Assembly (NCBI RefSeq): GCF_037902255.1
Contig: NZ_CP147990.1
Location: forward strand, 2,640,001-2,672,000
Direction: 5' to 3'
Source: Candidatus Electrothrix sp. GW3-4
GTDB lineage: Bacteria > Desulfobacterota > Desulfobulbia > Desulfobulbales > Desulfobulbaceae
Length of the DNA stretch: 32,000 bases
Shown: piece after piece, positions 10,008 to 18,354 of the stretch
Layout: every line of letters starts with the position of its first letter
Position numbering within the stretch: position 1 is the stretch's first letter
The notes under the pieces: model-generated
The model's database searches: none
The model's input: only the letters and a program-made list of their open reading frames with translations
What the model was told of the DNA's origin: nothing
Made by a program: the position numbers and the translations under genes

Positions 10008-12215
10008 TCACTTCTTTCTCTGCCCTTTTTTTCGTTTCACAAGCCTTTTCTGTTCCAAACGACAAAGCGCCTGGGCATCAGAGAGGCGTTTCTCAGCCTT
10101 TTCGATCAAAATGTCATGGCTCCCCTTTTCGCGCTTGCTGGTACGCTGGATATACCTGCCGTCCGGCTGCATTTCCCAGGCACTGCGCTGATCAGCAAGC
10201 TGCACATCAAGAATTTCCCGCAACACCTTGCGCAGCTCCTCCGGTTCTACCGGCGTGATAACCTCCACCCGATCCTCCAGATTCCGCTTCATGATATCAG
10301 CAGATCCGATAAAATACTCTTCCTCACCGTTATTCTGAAAATAATAGATACGGCTATGTTCCAGAAACCGGCCCACAATGGAAATCACCCGGACGTTTTC
10401 CGACAGGCCGGGAAGCCCTGGCCGAAGTCGACAGGTATCACGAATGAGCAGATCCACCTGCACCCCAGCCATAGAGGCCCTGTACAAGGCTGCTGTGATA
10501 TCCTTATCCTCCAGGGCATTGGTCTTGAACTGGATTTTCCCTGGATTCTTCGTGCTATGGCTGGCAATCTCCCGCTCTATTTTCTCCAGCAGGGCCTTTT
10601 TCAGCACCCTGGGTGAGGGCAGCAGTTTGCGATAATTACGCTCTGGTGCATAACCAGTGGTAAGGTAATTAAATAACTCTGTAAGATCCTGGGCAATTAC
10701 CCGGTCACTGGTGAGTATCCCGAGATCAGAGTACATCCTGGCCGTGCCTGCATGGTAATTGCCGGTGCCGATATGGGCATACCGACGCAGGCCATCAAAA
10801 TCCCTGCGCACCACAAAGATGACCTTGGAATGGGTCTTGAGACCAACCACCCCGTAGGTGACATGGACTCCGGCCTCTTCCAGGTTCTCGGCCCAGCGGA
10901 TATTGGCGGATTCGTCAAAGCGGGCCATGAGTTCCACCACCACGGCCACCTGTTTGCCATTCTGGGCCGCATCCAGCAGATAAGGAATAATCCGGGAGCC
11001 TGCCGAGGTACGGTACAGGGTCATTTTTATCGCCAGCACCTTAGGGTCACGACTGGCCTCACGGAGAAAGCGCTGCACAGAGCTGTCAAAGGACTCATAG
11101 GGATGCTGGAGCAGCAGGGCCCCTTTTTCCCGAATCACATGAAAAATATTAGGAGAATCACCAGAAAGCTGAAAATGATCAAGGGGCTGATGCAAGGGGT
11201 AATGGAATTCCGGAATATCAATAGAGGCAATCTCAAAGAGATCCCGCTTGCCGATGATGCCCTCCACAGTGAAGACGTCCTTTTCCTCGTCAATCCCCAG
11301 CTCAGCCGCCAGCATCCCCCGATGCGTTGCCGACATCTTGGCATCCACCTCCAGCCGGACGATCTCAGCAAATTTTCGATTACGCAACGCCGTCTCAATC
11401 ACTTCGAGCAAGTCATTAGCATTGGCCCCAGCCTGCTCGGTAATGGCATTGCGGGTGACCCGGAAGAAGGTACAGGAATCAACGACCAGGCCAGGAAAGA
11501 CCACCGCCAGATTATTGGCGATCAGGTCCTCGAAACGGATATAGAGATGTTCCTCTCCCACCCGGATAAAGCGAGGGATACCGACCCCGGTGGGAACCTT
11601 GATGCGATTAAGAAAGGGATGGGCGTCATGGTGATACTTGGTCACGACCAACAGATTTATGGACAGGTTGGAGATAAAAGGAAAGGGGTGAGCAGGATCC
11701 ATACCCTGGGGGGTCAGGAGGGGATAGATGTTCTCCTGAAAATAATTATCCACCTCCTTGCGCTGGTCCTTATCCAACTCCTGGTAGCCGACGATCCTGA
11801 TCTCCTGCTCAGCAAGTTTACTGAGCAATTCCAGCTCCAGCTCTTCCTTCTGCACCAGGATATTGCGCACCACGGCATAGCATTCATCAATCTGTTCGCC
11901 TGGGGTGCGGCCATCCACGGTCAGCTTACGCACCCCGGCCCCGACCTGCTGTTTAAGGCCACCGATCCGCTTCATGAAAAATTCGTCAAGGTTGCCGCCC
12001 ATAATAGCCAGGAACATGATCCGTTCCAGCAGCGGGGTGCGCTCATCCTGTCCCTCGTGCAGGACCCGACGATTAAACTCCAGCCAGGTCAGCTCCCGAT
12101 TCAGGTACCATTCCGGCAAGGTGAGATCAAACTCCGGTCTGTCCGAACTGCCACTCTGGGCATCGGGATTATTTTCCTTGGAAACCGAGGTCGTAACCTC
12201 ACTTTTTTTATTCAT
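10008..12215 (-). CDS. ppk: polyphosphate kinase 1
   Basis: 735 aa. N-terminus YLNRELTWLEFNRRVLHEGQDERTPLLERIMFLAIMGGNLDEFFMKRI. The autophosphorylation-region histidine lies in LKTHSKVIFVVR. PLD-like C-terminal domains (GSADIMKRNL). Confidence 0.95.
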   Translation of the reverse strand: MNKKSEVTTSVSKENNPDAQSGSSDRPEFDLTLPEWYLNRELTWLEFNRRVLHEGQDERTPLLERIMFLAIMGGNLDEFFMKRIGGLKQQVGAGVRKLTVDGRTPGEQIDECYAVVRNILVQKEELELELLSKLAEQEIRIVGYQELDKDQRKEVDNYFQENIYPLLTPQGMDPAHPFPFISNLSINLLVVTKYHHDAHPFLNRIKVPTGVGIPRFIRVGEEHLYIRFEDLIANNLAVVFPGLVVDSCTFFRVTRNAITEQAGANANDLLEVIETALRNRKFAEIVRLEVDAKMSATHRGMLAAELGIDEEKDVFTVEGIIGKRDLFEIASIDIPEFHYPLHQPLDHFQLSGDSPNIFHVIREKGALLLQHPYESFDSSVQRFLREASRDPKVLAIKMTLYRTSAGSRIIPYLLDAAQNGKQVAVVVELMARFDESANIRWAENLEEAGVHVTYGVVGLKTHSKVIFVVRRDFDGLRRYAHIGTGNYHAGTARMYSDLGILTSDRVIAQDLTELFNYLTTGYAPERNYRKLLPSPRVLKKALLEKIEREIASHSTKNPGKIQFKTNALEDKDITAALYRASMAGVQVDLLIRDTCRLRPGLPGLSENVRVISIVGRFLEHSRIYYFQNNGEEEYFIGSADIMKRNLEDRVEVITPVEPEELRKVLREILDVQLADQRSAWEMQPDGRYIQRTSKREKGSHDILIEKAEKRLSDAQALCRLEQKRLVKRKKGQRKK

Positions 12216-12474
12216 CTTTTTCTCTTTTTAGACCGCAGATTGCGGAATAATGTCAAAAACTCCTGTTTTCAGCACCACTTCTTCTGCTGAAGTATTGAGC
12301 AGTTGTGAGAGGAAGTCAACATTTTTCGCTTTTCTCTTTTGGTTTAGCGGGGTAATGTTATGTTGTCCTTTGGATAACAAGCAGGCTTTGAAGCATATTT
12401 TCTCTAAGGAGTACATGCGCTCGAAAAAACTGAGCAACGTACCAGAATCGGTACTCTCTCCACCACCTCCACAT

Positions 12475-12503
12475 TTGACAGAACCAGCAAATCCTGATAT
12501 CTA
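12475..12503 (+). promoter_or_regulatory. candidate promoter of the menaquinone (mqn) array
   Basis: TTGACA (12475-12480), 17-nt spacer ending in TGa (extended -10), then TATCTA (12498-12503), about 60 nt upstream of ATG 12565. The -10 is weak. Confidence 0.3.
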
Positions 12504-12564
12504 TTCGGCAATTTTTCATCTCCCCATGCCCATAAACATAGGCCCATAAAAACAGTACATCACC

Positions 12565-13659
12565 ATGCAGCAGATAGCAGATAAAATCACAGCCGGAGAG
12601 CGCATCTCCGGCGCGGAATTCCTCCTCCTTGCCGATAAGGCCGACCTCTACCAACTGGGTTTTATGGCAAATGCCGTGCGCAAGCGCCTCCACCCAGAAC
12701 CGGTGGTCACCTATGTCATTGACCGTAATATCAACTACACCGATATCTGCATCTCAGCCTGTACGTTCTGCGCTTTTTATAAAGCCCCGGAGGACCCGAA
12801 TGGCACGGTCCTGAGTAAAGAGGAGTTGCTGCACAAGATCCACGAGACCCAGGAACTGGGCGGCACCCAGATCCTCCTTCAGGGCGGTCTCCACCCGGAT
12901 CTGCCCCTGGAGTTCTACGAGGACATGCTCCGCTTCATAAAGGCAACCGGCATTCATATCCACGGCTTTTCCCCGCCAGAGGTCTGTCATTTTGCGGAGC
13001 TTTCAGGCCTGTCCGTTCAGGCGGTGCTGGAGCAACTCATGGCCGCTGGTCTGGATTCCATCCCCGGTGGCGGGGCTGAGATCCTCTCCGACCGGGTCCG
13101 GGAACAGCTGGCCCCGCGCAAATGCTCGGCCGATGAGTGGATTGCGGTCATGGAAACGGCCCATACCCTGGGGATGCGCACCACAGCCACCATGATGTTC
13201 GGCCATATCGAGACCTGGGAGGAACGGCTGGAGCATCTTCAGCGCCTGCGTGATCTCCAGGACCGCACCAGCGGCTTTACCGCCTTTATCCCCTGGCCCT
13301 TCCAGCCCGACAACACTGCCCTGGCCGAGGCCATCCACAAAGACCAGGGCATGGAAAAGGCATCCGCCTTTGCCTATCTGCGTATGCTGGCCCTGAGCCG
13401 CATCTTTCTCGATAACTTTGCCAATGTGCAGGCTTCCTGGGTCACCCAGGGCCCGAAGATAGCCCAGCTCTCCCTCTTTTTCGGGGCCAATGATTTTGGT
13501 TCCACCATGATTGAGGAGAACGTGGTCGCAGCAGCAGGGGTTCATTTCCGCCTCTCTGAACAGGAGATCCGGCACCTGGTCACTGATGCGGGCTTCACTC
13601 CGCAACAACGGCTCATGGACTACACCCCGGTTAGGCAGGAAGCAGAGCAGGAGCAGTGA
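12565..13659 (+). CDS. radical-SAM menaquinone biosynthesis enzyme of the futalosine pathway (MqnE aminofutalosine synthase or MqnC; MqnE favoured by the adjacent deaminase)
   Basis: 364 aa. Radical-SAM cluster motif NYTDICISACTFCAFY (CxxxCxxC). GGTQILLQGG, DSIPGGGAEI and MMFGHIE blocks are typical of the MqnC/MqnE/CofH family. Confidence 0.8.
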   Translation: MQQIADKITAGERISGAEFLLLADKADLYQLGFMANAVRKRLHPEPVVTYVIDRNINYTDICISACTFCAFYKAPEDPNGTVLSKEELLHKIHETQELGGTQILLQGGLHPDLPLEFYEDMLRFIKATGIHIHGFSPPEVCHFAELSGLSVQAVLEQLMAAGLDSIPGGGAEILSDRVREQLAPRKCSADEWIAVMETAHTLGMRTTATMMFGHIETWEERLEHLQRLRDLQDRTSGFTAFIPWPFQPDNTALAEAIHKDQGMEKASAFAYLRMLALSRIFLDNFANVQASWVTQGPKIAQLSLFFGANDFGSTMIEENVVAAAGVHFRLSEQEIRHLVTDAGFTPQQRLMDYTPVRQEAEQEQ

Positions 13660-14882
13660 CAGACCGGCTGATAATCCACCGCGCTCCCTGGTTGCTCCCC
13701 ATAAGCCATCCACCTATCGCCGACGGTGGGCTTGCAGTGCAGGCCGGGAAAATTATCGGGGTCGGCAGATTCCAGGAGATCCTTCGCAGCCATCCCGGAG
13801 CGACAATCCTTGAGCACCCTGAGACCGTGCTCATGCCCGGTCTGGTCAATGCCCATACCCATCTGGAACTCTCCCACCTGGCCTATCTTACCCAGGGGCC
13901 TGCCCTTGCCAGCTTTACCGGCTGGATCGGCCATATGCTGGCGGAGCGAGCCAAGATAGATGCGGATAAGAAGACCATCCTGGCCGCAGCCCGTGCCGTG
14001 CTTGCCCAGCAGCAGGCCCAGGGCGTGGTCGCCCTGGCTGATATCTCCAACACCGGCTTGATCCAGGAGCTGGCCCCGGAATTCCCAGGACATCTCCTCT
14101 GCCTCAAGGAATATCTCGGCCTGCGAGCAGCCGGGCTTGCCGCCTCCCTGCACAACCTAGAGAGGGAGCAAGAAACGCTGTCCTGTACCGCCCATGCGCC
14201 CTACTCCACCCATCTTGACCTCTTGCAGGCCCTGAAGCAACGAGCTGCGGCGACAAAACAGGTGTTCTCCATCCATGTTGCCGAGTCCCTTGCTGAGCAT
14301 GATCTTATCAGCCAGGGTAAGGGAGCAATGCGCCACTTCCTGGAAGAGCGAGGCTTCTGGGATGGGAGTTTTCAACCCACAGGGAAGAAAAGCAAGGGGG
14401 CTTTCTCCTACCTCCATCAGCACGGTCTGCTTGACAGCCAGACCCTTTGTGTACATGGTATCCAGGTGACGGAGCAGGAGATAGAGCTGCTTGCGGAAAG
14501 CGGGGCAAAGGTCTGCCTCTGTCCGGGGAGCAATCGCTATCTCGGGGTGGGCAGGGCCCCGGTGGCGGACTACCTGCGCAAGGACATCCTGCCTGCCCTG
14601 GGCACGGACAGTCTGACCAGTAATCCCCAGCTCTCCATCTGGCGGGAGATGCGCCTGTTGGCAGAAGAGCATCCCGCTGTTGAGCCAGCAGATATTCTGC
14701 GCATGGCGACCTTGGGCGGGGCTGCTGCCCTGGGCCTGGACAAACAGCTGGGATCCCTGGATGCGGGAAAGGAGGCGGCAATTCTGGCTGTTCAGCTGAC
14801 CGAACCTATTAAGATGCCTTTTTCTTTGGCGGAATATCTGGTATATCACAACATATCCGTTTCTTCATTTACCTTGAACTGA
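13656..14882 (+). CDS. amidohydrolase-superfamily deaminase (aminodeoxyfutalosine deaminase-like / chlorohydrolase family)
   Basis: 408 aa. Metal-binding LMPGLVNAHTHLELS, plus later HVAES and GTDS motifs. The GTG start overlaps the upstream stop (GTGA at 13656-13659). Confidence 0.75.
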   Translation: MTDRLIIHRAPWLLPISHPPIADGGLAVQAGKIIGVGRFQEILRSHPGATILEHPETVLMPGLVNAHTHLELSHLAYLTQGPALASFTGWIGHMLAERAKIDADKKTILAAARAVLAQQQAQGVVALADISNTGLIQELAPEFPGHLLCLKEYLGLRAAGLAASLHNLEREQETLSCTAHAPYSTHLDLLQALKQRAAATKQVFSIHVAESLAEHDLISQGKGAMRHFLEERGFWDGSFQPTGKKSKGAFSYLHQHGLLDSQTLCVHGIQVTEQEIELLAESGAKVCLCPGSNRYLGVGRAPVADYLRKDILPALGTDSLTSNPQLSIWREMRLLAEEHPAVEPADILRMATLGGAAALGLDKQLGSLDAGKEAAILAVQLTEPIKMPFSLAEYLVYHNISVSSFTLN

Positions 14883-14934
14883 CAAGGCTTCTCTCCAGCC
14901 ATCCGATGTCTCAAACTCACGACAAAGAGGCGAC

Positions 14935-16737
14935 ATGAAATTCCCCTATGGTATCGTTGACTTTCGTAAGATCCGCCGTGAATCCTATTTCTACTGTGAC
15001 CGAACCGACAAGATCCCCCTCCTGGAGGAGATCAGCAACCAGCTCTTTATCCGTCCCCGCAGATTCGGCAAAAGCCTGCTCCTCTCCATGCTGGAGAATT
15101 ATTACGATATCCTGCGCAAGGATGAGTTTGATCAGCTCTTTGGTGAGCTCACCATTGGCACGGCACCAACGCCTCTCCGTAATTCCTATCTGATCCTGCG
15201 CTTTGATTTTTCCTGCGTTGATGCCAGTGGCGATGCCCAGGCCATGAAAAAATCCCTGGACGGTCATATCAGCAGCTGCATTGAAGGATTTGCCATGCGG
15301 TATCAGGACATAGGATTAGCGGAAATCAGCATCGATGCAAACGATGCCCTGCGCAGTCTTGAATCCCTGGTGCATGCCGTGGCCCATGCTGGCCAGCAGA
15401 TCTATCTCTTTATTGACGAATACGATAATTTTGCCAACGAGGTCATGATAAGCGCGCAGACAGCGGATGATCGCTACGCTGCCCTGGTTCATGAGGCCGG
15501 GCCGTTGAAGACCCTGTTCAAGACCCTTAAGGCCTTGACCTCATCATCAGTTATTGACCGGATGTTCCTCACCGGCGTGTCCCCCATCGTGCTCAGTGAC
15601 ATCACCAGTGGCTATAATATTGCCGCAGATATCTATCTGGAACCGGAGTTCAACGACCTCTGCGGCTTTCGGGAAGAAGAACTGGGCAAAGCGCTGACCG
15701 AAATCGCCCGGCAATGCGAGTATGAACCAGAAAAGGCCCAAGAGGCCATAGAGATGGCCCGAACCTGGTATAAGGGCTATATGTTCACAGCCACGAAGGG
15801 CGAACAGGTCTATAATCCAACCTTGAGCCTCTATTTTTTGCAGCAGTTCCAAAAGAGCGGCTCTTTCCCCCGTAATATGCTGGATGCCAACCTGGCCACC
15901 AACGAGAGCAAACTCACCTACATCGCCCAGCTCCCTGAGGGGAGACAGCTCCTCATGGACCTTGCCCGCCAGGAGCACCAAGTCCTGATTCCCGATGTGA
16001 GCAAACGCTTTGGCATTCAGGAGATGTTGAGTAAGGCCTCCAAGGACCAAACCTTTCTGGCTTCCTTCCTCTACTATTTCGGCGTCCTGACCATAGGCGG
16101 AGAAAGCGAGGACCTGCATCTGATCCTGCAGGTTCCTAACCTGGTCGTCCAAGGCATGTATGTAGACCGCATCCGCCAGATGCTCCTGCCGGAACCAGAG
16201 GAACGGGATCAGGGGCGGACTGCGGCCCGTTTGGTCTCTCAGCAAGGGGAGATGCAACCCCTGTGCGATTTCATGGAACAGCATTATTTCCAGGTCTTCC
16301 ATAACCGAGATTATCGTGGGGCCAATGAGCTGACGATCAAGACGGCCTTTCTCACCCTCCTCTATAATGACCTGATCTATGTCATGGACTCTGAGCCGGA
16401 GCTTGAGCGGCGCTATGCAGACCTCTGCATGCTTATCCGTCCTGACAGACGGCATGGCAAGGTCTTTGACATCCTGATAGCGTTCGAATTCGTCCCCCTG
16501 CACCAGATCGGGCTGAGCGAAGAAAAGGCACGGACCTTGTCGCCAGCGGCCCTTCGTGTCTTGCCAGCCATAAAACAGGCGCTTCAGAATGCAGCGGAAC
16601 AGGTCGAGCAATACGGTGATATCCTGGAACAGAAATACGATAAGCTCCGCCTGCAACGCTTTGCCGTGGTTTCTCTCGGATTTGAACGACTGGTGTTTAA
16701 AAAAATGGAGGGGGCCCAGGCCCAGATACCATCATGA
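14935..16737 (+). CDS. AAA-ATPase_like (PF09820-type) N-domain fused to a PD-(D/E)XK nuclease-like (PDDEXK_9-type) C-domain; function unknown
   Basis: 600 aa. N-terminus MKFPYGIVDFRKIRRESYFYCDRTDKIPLLEE...FIRPRRFGKSLLLSMLENYYD and FIDEYDNF are hallmarks of this family. The C-terminus carries DSEPELERRYADLCMLIRP...FDILIAFEFV. SD AAAGAGG lies 7 nt upstream. The stop overlaps the mqnA ATG (ATGA at 16734-16737). Confidence 0.8.
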   Translation: MKFPYGIVDFRKIRRESYFYCDRTDKIPLLEEISNQLFIRPRRFGKSLLLSMLENYYDILRKDEFDQLFGELTIGTAPTPLRNSYLILRFDFSCVDASGDAQAMKKSLDGHISSCIEGFAMRYQDIGLAEISIDANDALRSLESLVHAVAHAGQQIYLFIDEYDNFANEVMISAQTADDRYAALVHEAGPLKTLFKTLKALTSSSVIDRMFLTGVSPIVLSDITSGYNIAADIYLEPEFNDLCGFREEELGKALTEIARQCEYEPEKAQEAIEMARTWYKGYMFTATKGEQVYNPTLSLYFLQQFQKSGSFPRNMLDANLATNESKLTYIAQLPEGRQLLMDLARQEHQVLIPDVSKRFGIQEMLSKASKDQTFLASFLYYFGVLTIGGESEDLHLILQVPNLVVQGMYVDRIRQMLLPEPEERDQGRTAARLVSQQGEMQPLCDFMEQHYFQVFHNRDYRGANELTIKTAFLTLLYNDLIYVMDSEPELERRYADLCMLIRPDRRHGKVFDILIAFEFVPLHQIGLSEEKARTLSPAALRVLPAIKQALQNAAEQVEQYGDILEQKYDKLRLQRFAVVSLGFERLVFKKMEGAQAQIPS

Positions 16738-17567
16738 TACGCTTGGGCATGGTGAATTACATCAACACCGCTCCAATCTATGAGGTCTGGAAGGAGCAGG
16801 TGCAGCGCCCGGACTGGCCTGTGACCGAGGCCCCGCCTACCCGGCTCAATCAACTGCTGGCAGCTGGCGAGCTGGACCTGGGTTTTGTCTCCTGCTACGA
16901 GTATGCAGCCCGGCCAGAGCAGTATCAAATCATGGCCGATCTCTCTATCTCCGCCACCGGGCCGGTGGGCAGCGTGTTTATGTTCTCCACCATCCCACCG
17001 GAGGAGCTGGATGGCAAGCCGGTGCTCATGACCGGCCAGTCGGACACCTCGGTCTGGCTGCTGCGAATTATCCTGGAGGATTTTTTCGAGGTCAAACCGG
17101 ACTATATCCGAGGCGAGATCTTTGCTCAGCGCAGTCCAGAGAAAGAGGAACCCGCAGCTGTGCTCGCCATCGGTGATGAGGCCCTGCGGTTGGCAACCAA
17201 GGAAAACTCGCCCTTTCCTGTCCAGATCGATCTGGCAGAATTCTGGCACCAGCAGACCGGCCTGCCCTTTGTCTTTTCCATCTGCGCCGTGCGGGAGGAG
17301 TTCCTCACCACCGCAGAGGAGGCAGCACGGGAACTCCATCAGACCCTGCTCTCCTGCCGTGACCAGGGCGGGAAACGTCTGGCAGAAATCGCTGCACGGG
17401 TGGCCCCTCGTATCCCCATGGACCCGGCCGCCTGTCTCAGCTATCTCCAGGCCATGGAATACGATCTCGGCCCGGCAAAAAGAGAGGCCCTGGAGGCCTT
17501 CTTCAGCCGTCTGATTCGGCACGGGGCAGCATCTGCCAAGGCCCTGCCCTTAAAAATCTTCTCATGA
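16734..17567 (+). CDS. mqnA: MqnA-family protein (chorismate dehydratase; PF02621 MqnA/MqnD family)
   Basis: 277 aa. N-terminus MIRLGMVNYINTAPIY...LLAAGELDLGFVSCYEYA is typical of the periplasmic-binding-fold MqnA/MqnD family. Context is the futalosine cluster. Confidence 0.75.
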   Translation: MIRLGMVNYINTAPIYEVWKEQVQRPDWPVTEAPPTRLNQLLAAGELDLGFVSCYEYAARPEQYQIMADLSISATGPVGSVFMFSTIPPEELDGKPVLMTGQSDTSVWLLRIILEDFFEVKPDYIRGEIFAQRSPEKEEPAAVLAIGDEALRLATKENSPFPVQIDLAEFWHQQTGLPFVFSICAVREEFLTTAEEAARELHQTLLSCRDQGGKRLAEIAARVAPRIPMDPAACLSYLQAMEYDLGPAKREALEAFFSRLIRHGAASAKALPLKIFS

Positions 17568-17610
17568 TCTACAGATCCTGCTGACTTTGCCTCCCCTCTC
17601 TGATCTCTGC

Positions 17611-18324
17611 ATGCCCACGGCCTCTCATGAAACAAAAAAGGAGTATGTGCGCCAGACCTTTGCCTCTATCAGCCATCGCTATGATTTCCTCAACGGCCTG
17701 CTCTCCCTGTTGTTCGACCGCTGTTGGCGCTGGCACATCGTCCGCCTGCTCGCGGATCTCCCGGAAGGCCCGGTGCTGGATCTCTGCGCAGGAACCTTAT
17801 CCCTGTCCAGGGAGATAGCCCGGCAGAACCCGAATCGGCACATCTATGCCCTGGACTTCTGCGAGAATATGCTCAGGGCTGGGGTGCAAAAACTCCAGGA
17901 CGATCCCCACAGTTCCAGAATCTCTCCTCTCTGCGGAGATGGAGAGGCCATTCCGACTCTCGGGGATATCTTTTGTGGTTGTACCGTGGCCTTTGGGATG
18001 CGAAACCTTATCAATCGCCAACAATGCCTGGCAGAGATCCACCGGGTTCTCCGCCCCGAGGGCAGGCTGCTGATCCTGGAGTTCTCCCGTCCAACCAACA
18101 GGTTGTTCAAACCGATCTACCGCTGCTATCTCCATCATATCATGCCCTGCATCGCCGGAGTCTGCGCAGAAAACCGAGAAGCATACAAATATCTTGCCCA
18201 ATCCATTGCTTTGTTTTATGAACCAAAGGAGCTCCTTGCCATGATGCGGGCGGCAGGCTTCACCCAGGTGGAGCGCAGGCAGCTGACCTTGGGGATTGTT
18301 TCAATCTATGTAGGAAAAAAGTAG
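17611..18324 (+). CDS. ubiE: demethylmenaquinone/ubiquinone C-methyltransferase (UbiE/MenG)
   Basis: ETKKEYVRQTFASISHRYDFLNGLLSL..., SAM motif VLDLCAGT, and LRPEGRLLILEFS. ATG 17611 is preferred over the TTG at 17587 used by the track. Confidence 0.9.
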   Translation: MPTASHETKKEYVRQTFASISHRYDFLNGLLSLLFDRCWRWHIVRLLADLPEGPVLDLCAGTLSLSREIARQNPNRHIYALDFCENMLRAGVQKLQDDPHSSRISPLCGDGEAIPTLGDIFCGCTVAFGMRNLINRQQCLAEIHRVLRPEGRLLILEFSRPTNRLFKPIYRCYLHHIMPCIAGVCAENREAYKYLAQSIALFYEPKELLAMMRAAGFTQVERRQLTLGIVSIYVGKK

Positions 18325-18354
18325 GCGGGCAATTACGGAAAAAAAGGACAGGTC

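Noticed and set aside
10752-12290. 512-aa plus-strand ORF
   Set aside because: It is entirely antisense to the strongly supported ppk1 gene. It has no recognisable motifs, and its composition (Gly/His/Leu/Ile-rich, low complexity) is typical of a shadow ORF opposite a codon-biased gene.
13003-14849. Minus ORFs 13003..13713, 13620..14153, 14157..14849 and 14308..14781
   Set aside because: All are antisense to the MqnE/C and amidohydrolase genes. They are Gly/Pro/Arg-rich shadow frames without motifs.
15547-17522. Minus ORFs 15547..16656 (369 aa) and 16584..17522 (312 aa)
   Set aside because: They are antisense to the AAA-ATPase_like/PDDEXK gene and mqnA. No motifs were found, and the plus-strand genes have family signatures.
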